The notes beneath the pieces are model-generated. The model worked only from the letters and a program-made list of their open reading frames with translations. It searched no databases and had not been told where the DNA came from. This document shows positions 1 to 8,426 of a stretch of DNA of 64,000 bases, in pieces (the stretch's first letter is position 1; each line of letters opens with the position of its first letter). A program made the translations under genes and the position numbers. Origin of the DNA: Myxococcota bacterium (GTDB taxonomy: Bacteria; Myxococcota_A; SURF-8; G963663525); NCBI GenBank assembly GCA_963676915.2, contig CAXXVK010000067.1, forward strand, positions 1 through 64,000, read 5' to 3'.

Positions 1-218
1 GTATTCAAGAGACGAAAGCCGAGGGAATCCCTCCCACGTTGTGGGCTTCTTTTGGGGTTGGAATACAGGTCAATATTTACAAAGCATTGAAATTGTACCT
101 TTATCCGATTCAGAAACACCGCTATTGGAATCGGCTCGATGGCGAGTCGTCGATTTCAAGTGAAATGGGTATTGGATTCAATTTCAACCTCCTCCAATCT
201 CCTCGATTGCCAATGTGA
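1..218 (+). CDS. 3' end of a hypothetical outer-membrane protein, paralog of 330..1085 (partial)
   Basis: Frame 3 reads IQETKAEGIPPTLWASFGVGIQVNIYKALKLYLYPIQKHRYWNRLDGESSISSEMGIGFNFNLLQSPRLPM*, collinear with the C-terminus of 330..1085; stop TGA at 216-218. Missing from the ORF track because it has no start in the window. Confidence 0.85.
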   Translation, partial: IQETKAEGIPPTLWASFGVGIQVNIYKALKLYLYPIQKHRYWNRLDGESSISSEMGIGFNFNLLQSPRLPM

Positions 219-329
219 CCGAAACGCGAAAAACCCGACAGCGACATAAGCGTTTTTTTTTACAAGGAATGGGGCCAGTGTTTCAACTAACAACGAAAAA
301 CGAAAGCACTTCAAAGAAAGACGATATCC

Positions 330-1085
330 GTGCAAAAGAAAACGTTGCACATTTTACCTTTTGTATTGGCCCTTGGACTATTTGTCGGGATGGTAAATTG
401 CAATCCTACCTATTCGCCGCCAGTTCGTGGGTTGATGTATGGTTCTCCGGCTCGTTTCGAACAAGGAGATCTGGAATTCGATGCAGGTATTCAGTACCCT
501 TTTGGAGGTCAATTTAGTTACGCTCCCATGGACTGGTATTTGCTTGAGGCGGGAGTATCGTTTGCCAGTGGAATCATGGGATATGCCGGACCTCGTTTCT
601 CGCTTTGGCCCGTTACCAAACAGGATCACAATGTAAAACTGTTGGCCGAAGTAGAAATGGGTTTCGGTTTGGGAGCGGGAGGGGAATACTGCGGAAACGC
701 CCCGAACAGCAGTTTAGGTTGCGATGGTCCTGGGAACAGTACATGGGAGTTGGACGATCCTCAAAAGGCGCAGAAGTCCTCTTGGAAACGGTTTGCTTAT
801 GGCGGATATGGCGGACTTGGATTGGGACTAGGAATTTACGACTGGGTGGATTTATTTGTGAAAGCTCGTATTCAGGAGACGAAAGCCAAAGGAATCCCTC
901 CCACGTTATGGACTTCTGCTGGGCTTGGGATACAGGTCAATATCCACAAGTCATTGAAATTGTATGTCTATCCCCTCCAAAAATATCGCTATTGGAATCG
1001 GTTGGATGGCGAGTCGGAGTATATTTTGGAATTTGGTCTTGGTTTTAATCACAACCTGCTCAAGCTGTCTTCTTCACCGATGTAA
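330..1085 (+). CDS. Hypothetical exported / outer-membrane beta-barrel-like protein
   Basis: Hydrophobic N-terminal signal followed by Cys; alternating Gly/aromatic beta-strand pattern (YGGYGGLGLGLG, LEFGLGFN); conserved paralog immediately upstream. Confidence 0.75.
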   Translation: MQKKTLHILPFVLALGLFVGMVNCNPTYSPPVRGLMYGSPARFEQGDLEFDAGIQYPFGGQFSYAPMDWYLLEAGVSFASGIMGYAGPRFSLWPVTKQDHNVKLLAEVEMGFGLGAGGEYCGNAPNSSLGCDGPGNSTWELDDPQKAQKSSWKRFAYGGYGGLGLGLGIYDWVDLFVKARIQETKAKGIPPTLWTSAGLGIQVNIHKSLKLYVYPLQKYRYWNRLDGESEYILEFGLGFNHNLLKLSSSPM

Positions 1086-1130
1086 GTTGATTTGTAAAAT
1101 ATCTTGGAAGGATTTTGTATTTATTGCCAA

Positions 1131-2567
1131 TCACTTACTAAAAAGCCGGTACCCTTTTTCTTTTCCGAGCCATTGTCCCAGCACCGCTTCACGTTCTTGG
1201 GACGATTTTGGCCGCAGCCAGACGAAATGCCGGTTTTGCTCGCGTCGCGAGCAGTCGATGTTGATGCAGGGAGCCGACCAGAAACCGGTATTGAAATACT
1301 CGATATCTCCGAACATCGAATGCGAAGCTTCGTGCGTGTGCCCGTTGACGATTCGCCGTATCCCCGTGATTTTTTGAGCGGTTTTCAGCCGTTTTCTGCG
1401 AGCTACTTTGTACTGGCGCACCTTTGGGCGAATCGAGCGTGTGTAAAACACGAAAAACGGCAGGAAAATCAACAGCAGCGGGATCACACTCCATAACATT
1501 GGGACATCCAGCAGGATTTTCAGGGTTCCTCCGAACTGGAGAGCGACCGAGAGCACGAATAGCACGATCAACGCCCGATCCAACCAGAGTTCACGAAGGA
1601 TTTTCATGGGGGAGAGCGTCGCCGGATGGACTTTAAGCAAGGCCAGTGACCGTGTGGCGCTTGGTGTGGCGTTGGCGTTTTTCGCAATGCGCTGGTTGTC
1701 TTTTTCGGCGGTCAGTGGATCGACGGGGTTGGGTAGCAGGCTCGTCCAGAACGAAACTCCCAACGTCGCCATAGAACTCCAGAACCAGGTCCACATCAAC
1801 AATGGTTGGGTGCGAATCATGTATTTGAAGAAGAACCGCACGTATTCCGTAAACCCAAGCAAAAAGCTGGCTTCGACGTGTGGATTGAAGTAACCCATGC
1901 CATTGATCAGGTAGCGGCTTGTGAGATCACCGAAAGGCAACCGCAGGGTTTTGCGATGCCCGGTCAAGATGACCGGATGACTGGGGTTTTGCGACACGCA
2001 ATAGGCGTCGTATTGGTTGCCGTGCTCGATTAACGTATCCGAATTGCTGATGTAGAACCAATCGCAGAAACGCACCTGTTTTCTTTGAGCTTTGTTCGTG
2101 CAAATCCGTTTCAGAATCAGGCTTTGCACTTTGGGCCAGAACAGTTCGATGTCGTGATTTCCTCGAATGAACACCACCCGGTGGCCCATGGCGATGAACT
2201 CTTTGAGTGTGTCGAACCACAACGAATGTTCGGTGATAATCACTCTCATCTTGAAATGAGATTTCTGCTCGTCCGGGTTGAGTCCCCGCCTTCTTTCGAG
2301 CCAGCCTATTCGGAAGGGCGGGTTTTCGGGAAGGGCGGTCACGGAATCGAAATCGAAAACATCGCCCGCCAGCACCAATTCGATAGGGCCGTCCATCTCG
2401 GAGGACAGCGTTTCCAGAAATGCGCGGAATTCTCCGTCGATGAACATGTCCCGCTGCTTCCAGCGCTTCCACAGCGGTTTTTTAGGATGCACCGGTTCGC
2501 CTTCGGTCAAGTGCAGGTCACTGACCACAATCGTATTACGAGCCGTTTTAAAATTGATCGACGGCAC
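1131..2567 (-). CDS. Calcineurin-like metallophosphoesterase with internal transmembrane segments
   Basis: All five metallophosphoesterase motifs are present: SDLH, GDVFD, GNHD, EHGNQYD, GHTH. Confidence 0.88.
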   Translation of the reverse strand: MPSINFKTARNTIVVSDLHLTEGEPVHPKKPLWKRWKQRDMFIDGEFRAFLETLSSEMDGPIELVLAGDVFDFDSVTALPENPPFRIGWLERRRGLNPDEQKSHFKMRVIITEHSLWFDTLKEFIAMGHRVVFIRGNHDIELFWPKVQSLILKRICTNKAQRKQVRFCDWFYISNSDTLIEHGNQYDAYCVSQNPSHPVILTGHRKTLRLPFGDLTSRYLINGMGYFNPHVEASFLLGFTEYVRFFFKYMIRTQPLLMWTWFWSSMATLGVSFWTSLLPNPVDPLTAEKDNQRIAKNANATPSATRSLALLKVHPATLSPMKILRELWLDRALIVLFVLSVALQFGGTLKILLDVPMLWSVIPLLLIFLPFFVFYTRSIRPKVRQYKVARRKRLKTAQKITGIRRIVNGHTHEASHSMFGDIEYFNTGFWSAPCINIDCSRREQNRHFVWLRPKSSQEREAVLGQWLGKEKGYRLFSK

Positions 2568-2614
2568 GGACGCCCCTTGAATGCAAGAATACGGTCACAT
2601 GCCTACTATGCCCT

Positions 2615-4909
2615 TTATTCTTCGCAGTTGCAATAGCCGTCCGTTTGCCAGGGCCAACTTGAGGTCCGTTCGCAGAACCATCCGCTTCCGAGCGTGTCCT
2701 CGCAATAGGTATCTCCCGATCCGTCGTTGCTGGCAGTACAAGGAATCGTGCAGCGCCCGGATTCGGTCCAGCACGCGGCGTCGTCCGGCCATCCCATGTC
2801 CCGGCAATCGGAGCCGGACGTGCATTCGTCGCTGGGGCAAAGCGGCGTTTCCCCAGGATAACAGGCAGCACCATCAGGTGTCAGCCGGCAACTCCAGCCG
2901 TCTTCGCAATCCTGGATGTTGCGCCAGACCCCGTTTTCACAGAAATAGATCGAGTCGCTTCGGCATTCGGTATCGCCATTGGTGCACGGAGGGTCGCACA
3001 GGCAGAACATCGTTCCGCTGGACATGGTTTCGCAACTCCAGTTCGCCGCCTGGAAGTCGCTGACACAATCGGCAGTGGAGGTGCAGGGAACGGAACAGTA
3101 GTTCAGTGCGCCCGATCCTACGATGCATCGTGCCGCATCCGGCCAACCCAGGTTGTAGCAGTCGTTGCGGTCCGAGCACTGACCGCTGGGACATTCGAGG
3201 GCCTGAGCGGGGACGCAGACCGCTTCGCCGTTGATCTCATCGCAGAACCAGTTCTGTTCGCAGGTTTCCACGGCAGCGAAGGTTCCGTTTACGCATCGGT
3301 ACACAATGTCGTCACGGCACTCGCTATCTCCGTCCTCGCACTCGGGAATCGCTTCGCAGAAGGAACCACCATCGGCGTCCACGCACTGGGTTCCCGACTC
3401 GCATTCCTTGTAAGAGATCCACAAGCCGTCCGTGGAGCAACGATAGATTTCGTTCTCTCGACACTCGGTGGCTCCCACATCGCAAGGCGGCTCACAGTAA
3501 CAGACTTTTTGACCGCCGGTGATTTCGATGCAACCCCAGTTGGGTGCTTCGAAATACAGGGTGCAGTCGCTGTCCTGATCGCAGGGAATCGTGCAGTAGT
3601 TCAGTTCATCGCCTCCCGTGAGGCAGCCGCCGTTGTCGGGGAAGCCCAAGTCTTCCCGACATTGCGTGCCACTGCTGCATTGGCCCGTGGGACATTCGTA
3701 GGTGACGGGCGGATCTTGGTTGCAGACGCACAACGTTCCATTGCACTCGTAGGCTTCGGGACAATCGGCTGCCGTTGTGCAGGGCTTCGTGCATACGGTT
3801 TCGGAAAATCCATCGACCCGCGCACAAATCGAGAACCCGGAGGCCGTACATTCGTTGCTGTCCTGGCATAAAATCGTCTCGCATTCCGGCGGACGTTTCA
3901 ATTCACAGAGGCAGCGGTCCTCGTAACAGAAATAATTGTCCGGGCAATCCGTATCCCAGGTGCATCCTCGGGTGCACATTTTATCGCCATCACCCAACGG
4001 ATCTTCGCAGGCAGGCAGCGGATCGCGGCAGTCTCCGGTGTCCGTGCACGCCGCACATTCGGGAAGAGGCGTTTCGGAATCGTCGCAACCGCAACGACCT
4101 TCTTCGGTGCATTGGAAAGGCAATGGACAATCTGTATTGGAAGTGCAATCTTTCGTGCAACGCGCTGTGCCGAAGCCCTCGACAATACAAGAGAATCCCC
4201 AGGCTGGACACACATCGTCCACCGCCGGGTTGCAGGTTACGTCTGCACAGGTTCCGGCTTCGTTCGGTGTCGGGTCGCAAACATCGCCCCAGTCGTCGCC
4301 GTCCTGGTTGGCTTGATCTTCATTGGCGAAGGTGGGGCAGTTATCACAGGCATCGCCCGCGCCATCGTTATCAGAATCGGCCTGATTCTGGTTGGGAGTG
4401 TCGGGGCAGTTGTCCGTGGCATCGGCGATGGTGTCGTTGTCGCGGTCATTGGTTGGGTTTTCTTCTGTATTATCAGTGGTTTCAATGACTTCGGAGTCGC
4501 CGGGGATTTCGTTATCGGCGTCGGTGTTGTTGTCCGGGGTATCTACGTCCCCATCGGTTAATAGGCTGGGATCGGGAATGCACATACAGGCGTCAGTACA
4601 GATTTCTTCTTCACCGCACTCGGAATCCCAAGTGCACTCTCCACCTGGACAACTGCCGGTTGTGGGGGTGAAGCATTCGCCGTCGTCTCGGCAGAGCATT
4701 CCCGACGGGCAATCGTCATCGACGACGCAGCCGCCTTCGGGTAAGCAGATGCCATTTTGACAGATTTTGCCGTCTTCGCAGTCGGTGTTCGAAAGGCAAC
4801 CGCTGTCCGAACCCAAAAAAGACGCTACGGTCGAGTTTGGGGGGGAACAGGATGTCGCCGAGATAGCAAGAATGATAAAACTCAGCAGAAAAATAACACG
4901 ACTACGCAT
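2615..4909 (-). CDS. Cys-rich lipoprotein with thrombospondin type-3-like Ca-binding repeats
   Basis: Signal peptide plus Cys (ISATSC); DRDNDTIADATDNCP, DSDNDGAGDACDNCP and DQDGDDWGDVCD repeats; many C-x3-D-C-P modules. Confidence 0.85.
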   Translation of the reverse strand: MRSRVIFLLSFIILAISATSCSPPNSTVASFLGSDSGCLSNTDCEDGKICQNGICLPEGGCVVDDDCPSGMLCRDDGECFTPTTGSCPGGECTWDSECGEEEICTDACMCIPDPSLLTDGDVDTPDNNTDADNEIPGDSEVIETTDNTEENPTNDRDNDTIADATDNCPDTPNQNQADSDNDGAGDACDNCPTFANEDQANQDGDDWGDVCDPTPNEAGTCADVTCNPAVDDVCPAWGFSCIVEGFGTARCTKDCTSNTDCPLPFQCTEEGRCGCDDSETPLPECAACTDTGDCRDPLPACEDPLGDGDKMCTRGCTWDTDCPDNYFCYEDRCLCELKRPPECETILCQDSNECTASGFSICARVDGFSETVCTKPCTTAADCPEAYECNGTLCVCNQDPPVTYECPTGQCSSGTQCREDLGFPDNGGCLTGGDELNYCTIPCDQDSDCTLYFEAPNWGCIEITGGQKVCYCEPPCDVGATECRENEIYRCSTDGLWISYKECESGTQCVDADGGSFCEAIPECEDGDSECRDDIVYRCVNGTFAAVETCEQNWFCDEINGEAVCVPAQALECPSGQCSDRNDCYNLGWPDAARCIVGSGALNYCSVPCTSTADCVSDFQAANWSCETMSSGTMFCLCDPPCTNGDTECRSDSIYFCENGVWRNIQDCEDGWSCRLTPDGAACYPGETPLCPSDECTSGSDCRDMGWPDDAACWTESGRCTIPCTASNDGSGDTYCEDTLGSGWFCERTSSWPWQTDGYCNCEE

Positions 4910-5184
4910 ATCAACCTCCAGCTCTTAGCCCGATACGTATTTTTCTCGTCGAACTTTCGATGCAATTCTTTAAATGACCCCATCAAGATCATCCTATTCG
5001 ACGTTACAAAGCAACGCAACTATCGAATCGATAAAATGCGCACCAAAAAGAGCAGATATTTCATTGTTAACAAATAAATAATAGAAAAAACGTGATTGTT
5101 TTCAAATGGTTTACAAAAAACCGCGAGCACCTGAAATTTTCCGAATCATGAAATCACGTTCTGGAAAGAAGCGAGATCCTAACA

Positions 5185-6401
5185 CTACGATTCTTTTCGA
5201 GAATCCCAGTGGGAAGCCAGCCAGGCGAGGTTGTTGTGAGTTCCCTCATCCATTCGGCTATCGCGCAACAGGTCCGAGGCGATTCTATCCAGGCCGGAAA
5301 GGTCGTCCGGTGGAGGTCCGCCGCCTGCGAGATTCAGTTTCGGAGCCAGTTGGCGAATGTCGGCGTTTATCAGTTCCGGTTCTGCAAGTTTCCAGAATTT
5401 CCCGCTTTTTCGAACAAGGTGTTCGCGTGACATACGTTTCAGCAAATCTTGAATGATCTGGCTAACGGACGTTCCAGTCGCGTGGCGATATCCTTGACTT
5501 GCAGGGTCAGTTCCTCTTTCTGTGCCAAAAGAGAAAGAATCAGCAATGCCGTAACTTCGTCGTGGTGCGGGGAGAGATCCCGGTGGTGATACAGACCGCT
5601 GCGCCTCCGAGAACCGGCTTCGGCGAAGGAAAATTCCGCTCCGATCAGGAAAATCACCCAGCTCCACTGAATCCAGATCAAGGTAAACGGCAAGGTTGCC
5701 AAGGTCGAGTACACCATGCTGAGTTTGGCGACACCGACTTGCAACATGAAATACAGTTTTGTTCCCATTGTGAACAGCAACGCATTGACCAAACCACCGA
5801 CGAAGGCGGCGCGCCAGGGAATCGCGGAATTCGGGAGCAGTTTGCAGACCCATGCTCCGGCGATGGAGGCCAGAATCACGGTGACGAGGCTGGTCCAACC
5901 GGTAATCTGGTGGATGCCCACCATTTCGAGCACCGGACCGAAGGCTTCTTTGTTGATCGCTTCGAGAAAAATCACCGCTCCCATCAATGTCGGAACGACC
6001 AGGAACAACAGCAGAATTCGCAATACTCGCGACAACGCACCGGATTTTTCCGGCACCTGCCAGACATCGTTCAGAGCCACTTCCATCTCAAGGACCATGT
6101 TATAGAGAGCCGTGAGGAGGAAGACGATACCCACGATTCCCAGGGCTTGGATATTGGCCGACTCGATGTGGTCGAGCACGGTGTCCAGGATTTTTGCCAG
6201 ACCGGGAAATTCTCCTGTCACCAGAGGAAGATAGTGTTCTCGTACTTTGCCCCAGGCGTCGAATTTTTCCAGCACCATCAGGGCGATCATGCCAATGGGG
6301 ATGATGGAAAGAATCGTCGAGTAGGTCAGTGCTCGCGCTCGGCGCAACTGATCGTTTTCGACCAATCCACGCAACAGCAGACTCAACGCACGCAGCAGCA
6401 A
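5185..6401 (-). CDS. YihY/BrkB (UPF0761) inner-membrane protein with a C-terminal wHTH-like extension; one frameshift near 5460
   Basis: RARALTYSTILSIIP, ALNDVWQV and YSTLATLPFTLIWIQWSWVIFLIGAE are YihY-like. The frame ends at 5439 but the tail continues in a neighbouring frame (QIIQDLLKRMSREHLVRK) to 5185. The frame is open upstream to 6587, so the start is uncertain. Confidence 0.75.
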
Positions 6402-6622
6402 TTCAACCCGGCTGTCTTCGGTGCCGCCCAGCCGTTTCCATGCAAGATTTTCCCGGGTTCGGACGGTCGTTTGGACCTTTTCGACGGATTCCGTGATCTG
6501 TTCCCGGATTTCAGTGATTTTCTGTACGATGGACGTGACGACCCCCTCGGGAAAAGCGGTTTTGTTTTTGCGGAATTTTAATCGTTCTTAGACGCCTTGG
6601 AAAGATTCCTTTTCAAAAAAAC

Positions 6623-6659
6623 AAAAAAAAAACGGCGAAGACGGAAAGCGTCTTCGCCG
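6623..6659 (-). terminator. Rho-independent terminator after the aldehyde dehydrogenase gene
   Basis: Perfect 11-bp stem CGGCGAAGACG/CGTCTTCGCCG (6633-6659) followed by a T-run on the minus strand, 22 bp after the stop. Confidence 0.85.
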
Positions 6660-6681
6660 AAACATTCTCGGATGAACGAGT

Positions 6682-8217
6682 TTAGTCGTCGCCGAACTTG
6701 ATCCCCTGGGCCAGCGGAAGTTCTTTGGACCAGTTGATGGTGCAGGTCTGGCGGCGCATGTAGGATTTCCAGGAGTCCGAACCGGATTCGCGTCCGCCGC
6801 CGGTATCTTTTTCTCCACCGAAGGCTCCGCCGATTTCCGCGCCGGAGGTGCCGATATTCACGTTGGCGATGCCGCAATCCGAGCCTTTGTGGCTAAGGAA
6901 GGTTTCGGTTGCCCGCATGTGGGTGCTGAAAATCGCCGACGAAAGCCCTTGCGGGACTTCGTTCTGCCAGGCAATGGCGTCTTCGAGCTTGTCGTATTCG
7001 ATCAAATAAAGAATCGGCGCAAACGTTTCTTCGTGGACCAGGCGCGTGTCGTGTTTGGTTTTCACGATGGTCGGTTGCACGAAATTTCTTCCGAGGTCCG
7101 CAGGTTTGCCCCCGGCGAGGATCTCCGCTCCACCTTCTTCAAGTTCTTTGACCACCGCCATCATGGTGTCCACGGCGTCCTTATCCACCAGCGGTCCCAT
7201 CAGTGTGTCTTCGTCGAGTGGATCACCGATATGAACCTGTCGATAGGATTTGACGAGGCGGTTGGTCAGGTCTTCGGCGATCTTCGATTGCATGAAAATC
7301 CGCCGTGTCGAGGTACAGCGTTGTCCGGCTGTTCCTACGGCACCGAACAGAATCGCTCGCGTGGCCAGATCGAGATCGGCGGTTTCGTCTACGATAATCG
7401 CGTTGTTGCCACCCAACTCCAGAAGGGTGCGGCCCAGGCGTCCACCTACGACCGAGGCCACCCGCTTGCCCATCGCCACGCTTCCCGTCGCGGAAATCAG
7501 CGGCAAGCGCTTGTCGGCGATCATTTTTTCCCCGACATTCTGCCGGTTGCCGATGCACAGCGAGAAAATGCCGTGCAGACTGTTGTTTTCCATCACGCGA
7601 TTCATGATGTTCTGTACCGCTACGCCGCACAGCGGAGCTTTGCTCGACGGCTTCCAGATGACGGTATCGCCGCAAATGGCGGCAATGGCGGCATTCCAGG
7701 CCCAGACCGCCACCGGGAAGTTGAACGCCGTAATTACGCCGATCGGTCCCATGGGATGCCATTGTTCGTACATCCGATGGCCCGGACGTTCGGAATGCAT
7801 CGATAGGCCGTACAATTGGCGACTCAGACCCACGGCGAAATCACAGACATCGATCATTTCCTGAACTTCGCCCAATCCTTCTACGTAGATTTTGCCCATT
7901 TCCAGGGAAACGAGTTTTCCTAAAGGTTTCTTGTATTTGCGTAACTCTTCGCCGATCTGTCGCACGATTTCTCCCCGCACGGGAGCGGGAACCATACGCC
8001 AGGATTCGAAGGCGTTTTCTGCCTGGTGAATGACGTGCTCGTAATCGTCGGCATTTGCTTGAGCGATTTTTCCCAGTGGTTCGCCGGTTGTCGGATTGTA
8101 GGAAACCAGTTCCTCCCGGTCTTCCGTTCCCGAACACCACCCGCCACCGGTGCAAGCGCCCGGATTGATTTCCGCCAAACCCAAGTCATCGAAAAGTTTT
8201 TGAATATCCACCGCCAT
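6682..8217 (-). CDS. Aldehyde dehydrogenase family 7 (antiquitin / piperideine-6-carboxylate dehydrogenase-like)
   Basis: ITAFNFPVAVWAWN, WKPS, LELGGNNA, GTAGQRC, EETFAPIL and GAEIGGAFGGEKDTGGGRESGSDSWK, typical of ALDH7. Confidence 0.93.
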   Translation of the reverse strand: MAVDIQKLFDDLGLAEINPGACTGGGWCSGTEDREELVSYNPTTGEPLGKIAQANADDYEHVIHQAENAFESWRMVPAPVRGEIVRQIGEELRKYKKPLGKLVSLEMGKIYVEGLGEVQEMIDVCDFAVGLSRQLYGLSMHSERPGHRMYEQWHPMGPIGVITAFNFPVAVWAWNAAIAAICGDTVIWKPSSKAPLCGVAVQNIMNRVMENNSLHGIFSLCIGNRQNVGEKMIADKRLPLISATGSVAMGKRVASVVGGRLGRTLLELGGNNAIIVDETADLDLATRAILFGAVGTAGQRCTSTRRIFMQSKIAEDLTNRLVKSYRQVHIGDPLDEDTLMGPLVDKDAVDTMMAVVKELEEGGAEILAGGKPADLGRNFVQPTIVKTKHDTRLVHEETFAPILYLIEYDKLEDAIAWQNEVPQGLSSAIFSTHMRATETFLSHKGSDCGIANVNIGTSGAEIGGAFGGEKDTGGGRESGSDSWKSYMRRQTCTINWSKELPLAQGIKFGDD

Positions 8218-8426
8218 GTCACCCTCCGAAAAAAAGATTTATCTCAACCCAAAATTCACCATCTACCAACAAGGACCATTGCAACGGGAATGAAGTCATA
8301 TCCAAGGCAATTTTGCTATCACCACTGCTTCGGTCTATCGTTTGGAAAACATTTCCTCCAAATCTTGAACTTGCCCTAGTTTCGCACATCTCGTAGAATT
8401 CATCAATTCGCCAAGGAGGTTTTTTC

